From NCBI GenBank assembly GCA_903889795.1, contig CAISYW010000004.1:1-35317 (forward strand): a stretch of DNA of 35,317 nt. Direction: 5' to 3'. The position numbers and the translations under genes are program-made. The DNA is from an uncultured Chlamydiae bacterium. GTDB lineage: Bacteria > Chlamydiota > Chlamydiia > Chlamydiales > SM23-39. Positions 1-7,902 of the stretch are shown here, piece by piece. The notes under the pieces were generated by a model. That model had not been told where the DNA came from and did no database searches. It saw only the letters and a program-made list of their open reading frames with translations. Within the stretch, counting starts at the first letter, position 1, and each line of letters opens with the position of its first letter.

Positions 1-79
1 CTTCATATTAGAAATATGGGCCGACTTACGATCGTCGATCCCCGAGGCTTTGGCCAAGCCGAAAATCCGATTTTTGAGT
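1..79. repeat. Partial palindromic MITE/RPE-like element (right half, cut by window start)
   Basis: Small hairpin catatt-aga-aatatg at 4-18. Ends in aaaatccgatttttgagt, resembling the end motif at 12424-12452 (aaatccgatttttcaag) and 2562-2592 (aaaaaccgctttttcaagt). Confidence 0.4.
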
Positions 80-312
80 CACGTTCGGTATAAAGGGGTT
101 TTCAATTGATCGAGGAGCAAAGCAGAAAGGAAAAAGCTGTCAGCTATTTGAATTTCTTGGATTTGCGGGTATTTGTCGAGCAGAGCAAAATATGAATCAA
201 GCCTCCGTGAATCCGTATATTGTCGATAAACATATGAAGAAAGGAGAGTAAATGCGGTTCCGGTCAGACCGCCCAAAATAAATCTATTTCGCATAAGAAC
301 AGGAAACATCAC
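79..312 (-). CDS. Small hypothetical protein with N-terminal hydrophobic segment
   Basis: 77-aa ORF with one TM-like stretch (FILGGLTGTAFTLLSSYVY). No recognisable family. Confidence 0.4.
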   Translation of the reverse strand: MMFPVLMRNRFILGGLTGTAFTLLSSYVYRQYTDSRRLDSYFALLDKYPQIQEIQIADSFFLSALLLDQLKTPLYRT

Positions 313-488
313 ATCACATAGAAATTTTTAGAAAGTTTGATTATTGCAAAAGATATTGTCAATGGAGTTTGAGAATATATCTTAATCTCTGCGAAGGAGA
401 AAAAGGATCACGAATCATAAAAAAAACAGCCCGGTATTGATGTATTTTGCTATCATAAAAACCTTTTTTATCGAGAAATGAGGATTTT

Positions 489-860
489 ATGAGAAGGTAC
501 CATCATTATGGGATTCCGACTGAAGAAAAACGTAAAGACGAAGCTTATGTCGAAGTAGGAGGTTTTAAGTTTTATTCCACTCCTTATGAAGCAAATAAAT
601 GGCATATACAATGGCATCGTTTTCCGGAAGGTCATGGATTGCCTGAATTAGTTACCAAGGTTCCACATATTGCTTTTCAGGTTGATGATTTGAAAGCTGA
701 GATAAAAGGGTGCAAGATACTTTTTGGCCCTTATAGTCCGTTGAAAGGGTACCATGTTGCTATGATTGAAGATCATGGAATTCCCATTGAGTTGGTACAG
801 ACAGAGTTAACTGATGAAGAACTTTCCGCTCTTGAACATGAGAAGTTTGGAAAATGCTAA
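489..860 (+). CDS. VOC (glyoxalase/bleomycin-resistance-like) family protein
   Basis: Motifs YHHYGIPT, PHIAFQVDDL and IPIELVQ. RBS-like gagga just upstream. Confidence 0.8.
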   Translation: MRRYHHYGIPTEEKRKDEAYVEVGGFKFYSTPYEANKWHIQWHRFPEGHGLPELVTKVPHIAFQVDDLKAEIKGCKILFGPYSPLKGYHVAMIEDHGIPIELVQTELTDEELSALEHEKFGKC

Positions 861-1034
861 ATTTATTCTGAACGCAATTCATAAATCGGTTTTTGAATTT
901 GTTGTTGGTGATTGTATTTATATCCGCTCGCATTGATCGACTGATTCAATTTTCTCTGTTTTTGGAATCAAAGGATCTCGACTTAAATTCAATCCCCTCT
1001 CTTGTCAAGCTCGCAAATCCAAGGAGTATGAATA

Positions 1035-1373
1035 ATGGATAACAAAAAGTATCGTTTTAATCATATCGGGATACCGACTACACGAAAATTGAAAAATGAA
1101 AAATATCTTCCTGATTTAGATATCTATGTTTCTGGTTATGAAGAAAATGAATTTAACGTTGAATGGATGCGATATGGGAAACAGTGTAAAGCTCCAGATA
1201 TTGTCAAACGGTTGCCTCATGTTGCTTTCGAAGTAGATGATATTTTTGAAGCGATCAAAGGTCATGAAGTAATAATCGAGCCGAACGCTCCTTCCGATGG
1301 AGTGATTGTTGCTTTTATTCTGGTGAATGAGGCCCCGATAGAATTGATGCAGTGGGTTTGCGAGCGCTCCTAG
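1035..1373 (+). CDS. VOC family protein, paralog of 489-860
   Basis: Motifs FNHIGIPT, PHVAFEVDDI and APIELMQ. RBS aaggag at 1021-1026. Confidence 0.8.
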   Translation: MDNKKYRFNHIGIPTTRKLKNEKYLPDLDIYVSGYEENEFNVEWMRYGKQCKAPDIVKRLPHVAFEVDDIFEAIKGHEVIIEPNAPSDGVIVAFILVNEAPIELMQWVCERS

Positions 1374-1443
1374 GAGCGATAATGAAAATATGTGAAGGTG
1401 AAAATGAGGGCGGCTGGACGCGTTCAGAACGTTTTGATTGGAG
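1270..1443 (+). repeat. Direct repeat copy 1 (3' part of VOC gene plus downstream DNA)
   Basis: taataatcgagccgaacgctccttccgatggagtgattgttgcttttattc is identical to the sequence starting at 3983. Similarity continues with mismatches to about 1443. Confidence 0.9.
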
Positions 1444-1593
1444 GAAACTTCAAGAGAGCAATCGTTATTTGAGTTGGCTATTTTTTCATAAAGCGACGGG
1501 CTAAAGGGGAGAACAACTACAAGCAGCTAGAGCAAACTCGCAATTTTTCCACCTATCTTCAAAAATCTCTAGTAATTCGCGACATACGTCCGA

Positions 1594-2193
1594 TTAACTG
1601 AAAATTGTCCGCGAAATCAGATTAATTTCATGACTTGCCAATTCAGCAGAACGATAAGCCCCTTCACTCAGCAATTTAACAAATTTCGCATTATCCAAAC
1701 TTAACGCAACCAATCCTTCTGCACATCCAAACCGAATATAGGAAGAGAAGCAACGAATACCGCTTTCTAACATTTGACTTACTAGAAAAATTTTCAGCCC
1801 TGTCAATTTCTGAGGTCCCCATTGTTCTAACAAGAAATCAGAAAAATTTACTCTTCTTGAAGAGGTTAGGTTCCCAATGTGTGAATCACATTTTTTCACC
1901 CAAGCTAATCTCGGGCTCAAAATCCCCAAAATGGAATAGATCGTCATTTGAAATGAAAAGGCAACATCATCCCAAGAAAGAAGACTTGCTTTGTTAAGCA
2001 ATGAAGACTGACCGAAAAAAACAAAAGCTAGAGCACCAGCAAAGATAGACCTCACCACTTTTGCAACTGTTTGTATAGTGTCAACACAACTGCTAACGAC
2101 GTAATAGAGCCTACCAAAAATTTCATCCGACAGTGTCATCTGAGGTAAACAAATTCTACCAACTAAATCTGCAATCACCTTCTCCCCTTCCAA
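1594..2193 (-). CDS. Hypothetical protein, probably membrane-associated
   Basis: 199-aa ORF (TTG start, uncertain) with hydrophobic segments. No family recognised. Confidence 0.55.
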   Translation of the reverse strand: MEGEKVIADLVGRICLPQMTLSDEIFGRLYYVVSSCVDTIQTVAKVVRSIFAGALAFVFFGQSSLLNKASLLSWDDVAFSFQMTIYSILGILSPRLAWVKKCDSHIGNLTSSRRVNFSDFLLEQWGPQKLTGLKIFLVSQMLESGIRCFSSYIRFGCAEGLVALSLDNAKFVKLLSEGAYRSAELASHEINLISRTIFS

Positions 2194-2417
2194 TGGATTG
2201 AATAAATTTTACTTTTACACCTATCAGAGCGATAACTAGAAAATTTTTCCAAATTCTATAGACATAAGCACCTATTTAGCACAGCAAAGATTAAACTCGA
2301 GCTGCATTAACATCAAATCAAAATAACTTAAAATATAATTATTTCATTTTTTATAATTTAACTTTGTTTAATTACATTTATCGCCATTATCGTAAATATT
2401 ATATTCAAATTCCTTAA

Positions 2418-2592
2418 TATAGCAAAACAACTTGAAAAAACGGAATTTTGACAAGGAAGCGCCCAAGATTTGAGCCAGGCAATACCGACGCGGAAGTAGC
2501 CCAACTTGAATAAGTTAGGCGATGGACGCGGGCTCAAAGATTGTGTCCGGTTGACGCTGCCAAAAACCGCTTTTTCAAGTTGTTTGGGTATA
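2418..2592. mobile_element. Palindromic MITE/RPE-like element with terminal inverted repeats
   Basis: TIR aaacaacttgaaaaaacgg versus ccgctttttcaagttgttt (18/19 match), TATA at both extremities, central hairpin gcccaactt-gaat-aagttaggc. Confidence 0.75.
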
Positions 2593-2791
2593 ATTTGCAA
2601 CTGGATTTTTCATCTTTTGGTGGCTTTGTTCTCTAAATGCGCGCAATTAGAAAACAAAGCCACCGCGCACAGTTGATGCAGCTTGCCTCGAACACATAAC
2701 ACGAGCCCTAAACCAAAAAAGACGTAGTAACGCTGAAGCGGATCTTTCCCCCAAAAATGATGCATTTTTTTGGAAGGAACTCTTTCTGTAA

Positions 2792-3562
2792 TCACTCAGC
2801 TAATTTGAACCATATGTCCTGCAAATCAAATTGTTTTCCGTCAGGTTCAGTACCTATCTGTAGCGTAGTTTTTTTATGAACGACAAAACCTAAAGAAGTA
2901 ATGAGTTCCAATAGCTGAGCTGGTGTCCAAGAATTGCGTCTCAACCAGCCTGAGTTGAATTCGCAAATAATATTCTTCACCATTCCTCGTCGGCATAGGT
3001 TCGACATTCCCCGTATAACGTTGGGCTCAGAACCCTCAACATCTATCTTAATGAGGTTAATCGGGCGTCCATCAGCAAGTAATGCGTAAGAATCGAGTGA
3101 AATCAAAGGCACTTGCAAAGGAACAAAATTAGGATCACTAAAAAAAACGCTAGGCGAATGAAGAGATTCGTTCATCGGCATATAAAGCGATATCTCTCCA
3201 ACACAGTCACCCACAGCAGAACGTACTAGGGTAACATTGTGTAGATGATTTTCATCAATAGTAGTCGCAATCACTTGAGCTGCAACAGAGCTCGGTTCAA
3301 AAGCAAATACATCTAAGGATCGATTATGAAGAGTAGACACAAGAGCTGTATACCAACCAAAATTTGCACCGATATCGACAAAACGATCCCCAGGGGCAAG
3401 ACATTCTAACACCCAGCCGGTCTGTTCTGGTTCGTAACTACCGTTTGCAATTTCTCTTTGAATTGCTTCGCTCAGATCAAGCCGCATTATCAATGAATGA
3501 ACTTTTATCTGAGTCAATTTCACATGTTTAGATTGAAAACCTTTTACTTTTGCATTAGCCAT
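2792..3562 (-). CDS. FkbM family SAM-dependent methyltransferase
   Basis: FVDIGANFGWYT (SAM binding), VFAFEP, and LIKIDVEGSE motifs. Confidence 0.9.
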   Translation of the reverse strand: MANAKVKGFQSKHVKLTQIKVHSLIMRLDLSEAIQREIANGSYEPEQTGWVLECLAPGDRFVDIGANFGWYTALVSTLHNRSLDVFAFEPSSVAAQVIATTIDENHLHNVTLVRSAVGDCVGEISLYMPMNESLHSPSVFFSDPNFVPLQVPLISLDSYALLADGRPINLIKIDVEGSEPNVIRGMSNLCRRGMVKNIICEFNSGWLRRNSWTPAQLLELITSLGFVVHKKTTLQIGTEPDGKQFDLQDIWFKLAE

Positions 3563-3937
3563 CTAACTTCCTTTTAAATAATTATTATATTCGTTAGTAA
3601 TTCTCTTTGATTCCCCAAATAGAGCAAAAAAATTATCCAAGTTATTTATTCAGGTATACTTTATAAAACTCACGCCAAAAAAGAACTTCATAAGTTCTTA
3701 TATTTCTGAAAAGAAAAAGAATCTACATATTATTCTAATCCTCTAAGTCATTCATTTTTAATTATCATCAAACAGCAAGAAGCACCAAAGTAACCACCAT
3801 ACATTTATAATAAATATATAAAACAAAAATTAAACGCTATAAATATTTATACATATAAAACCAAGCAGCAGTTCAAACTAATAAATCAATTAATCTGACA
3901 GGGATCACGTAATCGTTGGAAATTGAAGATTGCTTTA

Positions 3938-3984
3938 TATACTGCTGTCGCCAAAAATCAAAGCTTCAGGCCGACAGCAATATA
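3938..3984. repeat. Short inverted repeat at the duplication breakpoint
   Basis: tatactgctgtcg (3938-3950) versus cgacagcaatata (3972-3984), 12/13 complementary, TATA ends. Confidence 0.7.
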
Positions 3985-4154
3985 ATAATCGAGCCGAACG
4001 CTCCTTCCGATGGAGTGATTGTTGCTTTTATTCCGGGGAATGAGGCCCCGATAGAATTGATGCAATGGGTTTGTGATCGCTCCTAGGATCGATCACGAAA
4101 ATATGGAAAGGAGAAATTGGGGGCGATGGGACGGATTCAGAACGTTTGACTGGA
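3983..4154 (+). pseudogene. Direct repeat copy 2: orphan 3' fragment of the VOC gene at 1035-1373
   Basis: Reads IIEPNAPSDGVIVAFIPGNEAPIELMQWVCDRS* with no 5' part, followed by diverged downstream sequence. Confidence 0.85.
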
Positions 4155-4266
4155 AAGGATTCTACGGAAAATTGCAAATTTTTCAGAATTGCTTAGAGGC
4201 AGTTTAACTGCGTTGAATGTTTTTTTGATTGGAAAGCAATCACAATTCATCTCTGGAAAATTCCTT

Positions 4267-5121
4267 TTACTTATGAAATAAAACCTTGTTGCAACTCATT
4301 TTTAAGGACCTTCCCTTCATACACCGATGGATAATCTGATCAAGCTCGTCTCTATAAGTTTGATCGAGAGTTCGGTCAAAATAAGGGATCAACTGAGAAT
4401 CTTCTTGCTGCAAATATTCATATAACCTTGATTTGATAAAACCATTAAGGTTGATGTGTTCAAACCAGACCTCTAGAACTCCCACTTCTTGTAATTTATC
4501 TAAAAGTTCTTCGATTTTATGTTCTATCGCAGTGAAATAAGGGAGGATAGGGCCTATAAAGGCATAGGTTGATACGCCATTATCATGAAGTTTTTGTAGA
4601 GCTTTGATTCTTTCACTCGATTTAGGTGCGCTGACTTCCAAGAATTGAGATACCTTATCATCAAGGGTGGTAACCGTAAAACCCACAGTGACATTTTTCA
4701 GACGTTTTAACACGTCCAAATCTCTGATCACTAGAGGAGATTTTGTTTGTATAGATATCTTTCCTTCGTATTCAAAATCTGCAAGAACCTCCAGGCATCT
4801 GCGGGTCAATCGGTACTTTGCTTCAAATCCAACATAAGGATCAGTTACAGAACTTAGAAATATCGATCCAAAATTCTTAGCTTTAAATCTGTTAAAGAGT
4901 TTTCCAAGCTCAACATGGAGAAGCTCCGGAGCGTTCTTTTTAACGTCCAAATAAGAACCCCACTCATCATGCGGGTGCTTCCAGCGAGCCATGCTGGCTG
5001 CATAGCAATACATGCAACCAAACATGCAACCATTGTAAGCATTGATGACCCAATCGGATGCTGGCAACCCAGATTTGACGAGAATAGATTTTGCTTCAAC
5101 TAGATTGAGTTTAACCGGCAT
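4267..5121 (-). CDS. Radical SAM protein, SplB/Rv2578c-like (DNA repair photolyase-related)
   Basis: INAYNGCMFGCMYCYA (CxxxCxxC), LSSVTDPY, IQTKSPLVIRDLD, and FIGPILPY motifs. Confidence 0.88.
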   Translation of the reverse strand: MPVKLNLVEAKSILVKSGLPASDWVINAYNGCMFGCMYCYAASMARWKHPHDEWGSYLDVKKNAPELLHVELGKLFNRFKAKNFGSIFLSSVTDPYVGFEAKYRLTRRCLEVLADFEYEGKISIQTKSPLVIRDLDVLKRLKNVTVGFTVTTLDDKVSQFLEVSAPKSSERIKALQKLHDNGVSTYAFIGPILPYFTAIEHKIEELLDKLQEVGVLEVWFEHINLNGFIKSRLYEYLQQEDSQLIPYFDRTLDQTYRDELDQIIHRCMKGRSLKMSCNKVLFHK

Positions 5122-5272
5122 AGGTTGATTTTTGATCAGTTGTTTAAGGAAATTCTGGTCGCATTCTCGAATCTTTTTTCCTCGATAGTTTTAAATATTG
5201 CATACAGAAGCGGAAGCAAGCAAATTGCGAAAAGACAATACATAGCAAGAGCAAATCTCGAGGAAGATAATA

Positions 5273-5354
5273 TGGGGGTGGCTGGACTCGAACCAGCGGA
5301 GGCCGAAGCCGGGGGATTTACAGTCCCCTGCAATTGCCGCTATGCGACACCCCC
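5273..5354 (-). tRNA. tRNA-Tyr(GTA)
   Basis: Minus strand GGGGGTGTCGCATAGCGG...GGGGACTGTAAATCCCC...long variable arm...GGTTCGAGTCCAGCCACCCCCA. Confidence 0.97.
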
Positions 5355-5403
5355 AGAAAGAAGGAGGAAGTTCCATGCCATAATCAAAACATGGAAAAAA
5401 TGA

Positions 5404-5476
5404 TGCTGGCGAAAGGAATTGAACCCTCAACCATCCGATTACAAATCGGGCGCTCTGCCAATTGAGCTACGCCAGC
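5404..5476 (-). tRNA. tRNA-Thr(TGT)
   Basis: Minus strand GCTGGCGTAGCTCAATTGGCAGAGCGCCCGATTTGTAATCGGATGGTTGAGGGTTCAATTCCTTTCGCCAGCA. Confidence 0.97.
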
Positions 5477-5494
5477 AAAACGAACAACGAGTTT

Positions 5495-5753
5495 TTGACA
5501 TCCTCCCCTTCCTAAAGGAAGGAGATTCCTACGGCCTCAAACCACGGTGGTTTGATGACTTCGGCGGGTTCCTGCTTCACAGACCCTCTAACGAGGGATC
5601 TCCACAGGCTACTAAGCGATATCCTCGCTCTGGAGTCTCTTAGTTATCGAAACTCGGCTGAGAGAATAGCTAAGGGAAGGAATTATGGGAAAGAAGAAAT
5701 TAATAGACACGCTAACTCTGCCCTAAAGGACGAGGTTCGAGCGTGTCCCCGTG
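5495..5753 (-). mobile_element. Non-autonomous IS200/IS605-family derivative (PATE/MITE) retaining both ends and a TnpB reRNA-like scaffold
   Basis: Minus strand begins right after TTGAT (5758-5754). Left-end hairpin GACACGCT..GTCCTTTAGGGC..AGCGTGTC. Internal GCCTGTGGAG..GTGAAGCAGGAACC. Right end GGAATCTCCTTCCTTTAGGAAGGGGAGGATGTCAA. No tnpA or tnpB ORF. Confidence 0.82.
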
Positions 5754-5782
5754 ATCAAAAAGAAGGAATCATTCAATAAGTC

Positions 5783-5998
5783 TTAAGATTTGTCAGAAGG
5801 CGGCTCTGAATCTGTGGGAGGAGCTTTTTGTTCAGTAAAGAACCGGGATTTAAAGAGATGAGACAAACCTTTTACTTTGGTTTGATCTTCAATTTTACGG
5901 GCAGACATGCCCTTATGGCTCAACTTGGCCTCACAGCACTTCTTAAATTTTTTACCTGATCCGCAAGGACAGGGATCATTGCGTCCAACTTTTTCCAT
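5783..5998 (-). CDS. SEC-C motif (zinc-binding) small protein
   Basis: [22 protein letters not shown]. Start moved to ATG 5998 because the upstream extension overlaps ttcA. Confidence 0.88.
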   Translation of the reverse strand: MEKVGRNDPCPCGSGKKFKKCCEAKLSHKGMSARKIEDQTKVKGLSHLFKSRFFTEQKAPPTDSEPPSDKS

Positions 5999-6060
5999 AT
6001 ATTTTCTTAATTTGTAGTAGTTCAATATTATAACATATTTTCTTCCGAATTGTCCATTCC

Positions 6061-6091
6061 TATTGACCTTGAGGGTCAATAACGGTAAAAT
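6061..6091 (+). promoter_or_regulatory. Sigma66/sigma70-type promoter of ttcA with overlapping palindrome
   Basis: TTGACC (6063-6068), 17 nt, TAAAAT (6086-6091). Inverted repeat TATTGACC-N5-GGTCAATA at 6061-6081. Confidence 0.6.
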
Positions 6092-6114
6092 ACATGCATT
6101 CAAAGATTTACGAT

Positions 6115-6867
6115 ATGAAAATTGATTTACCAATCGCCAGATTGCCCTGGAACGGTCTGGGCGATGAGCTCGAGAGCGCTTGCCGCAAGGCAATTTATGA
6201 CTTCCATCTGTTAGAAAATGTCCAGAAAGTCGCCATCGCTTTGAGCGGCGGCAAGGATAGCCTGAGCCTTCTTTACCTGCTCCATGCCTTACGAGGCAGA
6301 GGATTTCCTTTATTCGACCTCATCGCAATTCACGTCAGCGGAGAATTTTCTTGCGGCGCAGGAATTGATGAAGGATTTCTGAAAGGAATTTGCGATGAGC
6401 TCAGCGTGCCGCTCATCGTCAGAAACTCGACAATCAAACAAGATGATCTCGAATGTTATTCTTGCTCCAGAGACAGACGCAAACACATTTTCGATGCTGC
6501 CAAAGAGAACGGAGCTACGACTGTGGCCTTTGGACACCACCGCGATGATAGCGCCCAGACTTTACTGCTCAATTTGCTGCACAAGGCCGAATTTGCCGCG
6601 ATCCTTCCCAAACTCTACATGCAGCGCTATGGCGTAACAATCATCCGGCCATTGATCTATATCAAAGAAGAATCTCTAAAAATTTTTGCCAAGCAATATG
6701 GATTTTTACGCATCAGCTGCCAATGCCCCGTAGGACAAAACTCCCGAAGAAAAAAAGTAGACCGGCTGATCAAAGAAATGGAAGAAGAATTTCCTCACGC
6801 GCGTAGCAACTTATCACGTGCCGCTCTTTTATATGGATCAGACAAGGCAACTCGATCAGTTAACTAG
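6115..6867 (+). CDS. ttcA: tRNA 2-thiocytidine biosynthesis protein TtcA (PP-loop ATPase)
   Basis: [10 protein letters not shown]-loop, CYSC, FGHHRDD, IIRPL and CQCP motifs. Start could be 6094 or 6115. Confidence 0.85.
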   Translation: MKIDLPIARLPWNGLGDELESACRKAIYDFHLLENVQKVAIALSGGKDSLSLLYLLHALRGRGFPLFDLIAIHVSGEFSCGAGIDEGFLKGICDELSVPLIVRNSTIKQDDLECYSCSRDRRKHIFDAAKENGATTVAFGHHRDDSAQTLLLNLLHKAEFAAILPKLYMQRYGVTIIRPLIYIKEESLKIFAKQYGFLRISCQCPVGQNSRRKKVDRLIKEMEEEFPHARSNLSRAALLYGSDKATRSVN

Positions 6868-7826
6868 AAAAAATATTCCACTTCAAAGATCGAAGAAAAT
6901 GCCGACCACCGCGCCTGAATTGCAGCCTTTTGCTTATTCGACGAATTCACCAAAACCGGAAAAACTTGCCTGATTTCCTGTCTATATTTCGTCTTCTTTT
7001 TTTTCGTAGCGAAGCGGTAGAGATCCCAGCGCCAATTCACTCTCCATGCCTCAGCCACCTGAGCCTTGATTTTTCCACAAAAGGATTGTCCCTGAAGAGC
7101 GTTGAAATCAGCCTTATTCTCCGCTTTCGTGAAAAACTCTGAAGTCGGTCCCGGATTGAGATAAATCAAATGCTGCTCGAAGCCAAATTTTTGCTTGAAT
7201 TGGAGAAAGTAATAATAATAACCCGCTTCAAATGACCATGCTTGGAGCATCTGATAAACTAAACGGCCTCCGGCCAGAGGCCCCCACCATTGACGCTGCA
7301 AGGCAAAATGAGACAAATCACACGACAAGATTGCTTGAGCGGGGATTGTGAGCGATTCGGGTTGATTGACCTTGCGGTTGATATGCTGATAAAAAACACT
7401 ATAGCCTATTTCCGGAATAATTTTGAAACCGCCTCTGCGATCCGTAAAATCAAAAATAAAGCCAACGTTCTGCTTGCCATCAGCCAAAAAACCACCGACA
7501 TTTTGCCTGAACGAACTGCGATAGAGCGGATCCGGGGAAATTCCCATCATACAAGTATCATGCGTACGACCCGATACAAACCAACCTACATCCGCATAAC
7601 TCGAAAACAGAAAACCCGACAACTTCAAGTCCAAATATCCATCGAGAATGACCGACTTGAGATCTCGATCCCGTTCCTTATAAATAAGGCTTTTATCTTG
7701 AGCCATCGAAAAAAGCATCTGATCATTTCGATAGCCAATACCGAATCCGAGGTTAAACCCATTTTTTTGAGCCGCCCCGACCGTAGCACCAAGCAGAATA
7801 AAAAAAAGACCAATCAATTGTTTCAT
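6864..7826 (-). CDS. Outer-membrane beta-barrel protein
   Basis: Signal peptide MKQLIGLFFILLGATVGA, amphipathic strands, and C-terminal FEVEYFF (aromatic terminal BAM signal). Confidence 0.72.
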   Translation of the reverse strand: MKQLIGLFFILLGATVGAAQKNGFNLGFGIGYRNDQMLFSMAQDKSLIYKERDRDLKSVILDGYLDLKLSGFLFSSYADVGWFVSGRTHDTCMMGISPDPLYRSSFRQNVGGFLADGKQNVGFIFDFTDRRGGFKIIPEIGYSVFYQHINRKVNQPESLTIPAQAILSCDLSHFALQRQWWGPLAGGRLVYQMLQAWSFEAGYYYYFLQFKQKFGFEQHLIYLNPGPTSEFFTKAENKADFNALQGQSFCGKIKAQVAEAWRVNWRWDLYRFATKKKKTKYRQEIRQVFPVLVNSSNKQKAAIQARWSAFSSIFEVEYFF

Positions 7827-7902
7827 AGACCAAAAATGTACTTGAACGGCTCTTTTTCTTCATTGAGAGAATTCATCAAAGGAGGTATAAAAATAGAACC
7901 TT

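Noticed and set aside
2358-2795. ORFs 2358-2600 and 2610-2795
   Set aside because: The first is a read-through of the palindromic element. The second overlaps the FkbM stop (GTGA) but is short and featureless, so it is not supportable.
5125-5779. ORFs 5125-5403, 5136-5333, 5191-5430, 5419-5643 and 5552-5779
   Set aside because: They overlap tRNA-Tyr, tRNA-Thr or the IS605-derived element and have no protein motifs. None resembles TnpA or TnpB.
5999-6193. N-terminal extension of the SEC-C ORF in the ORF track
   Set aside because: Overlaps ttcA and its promoter. The SEC-C motif begins right after ATG 5998.
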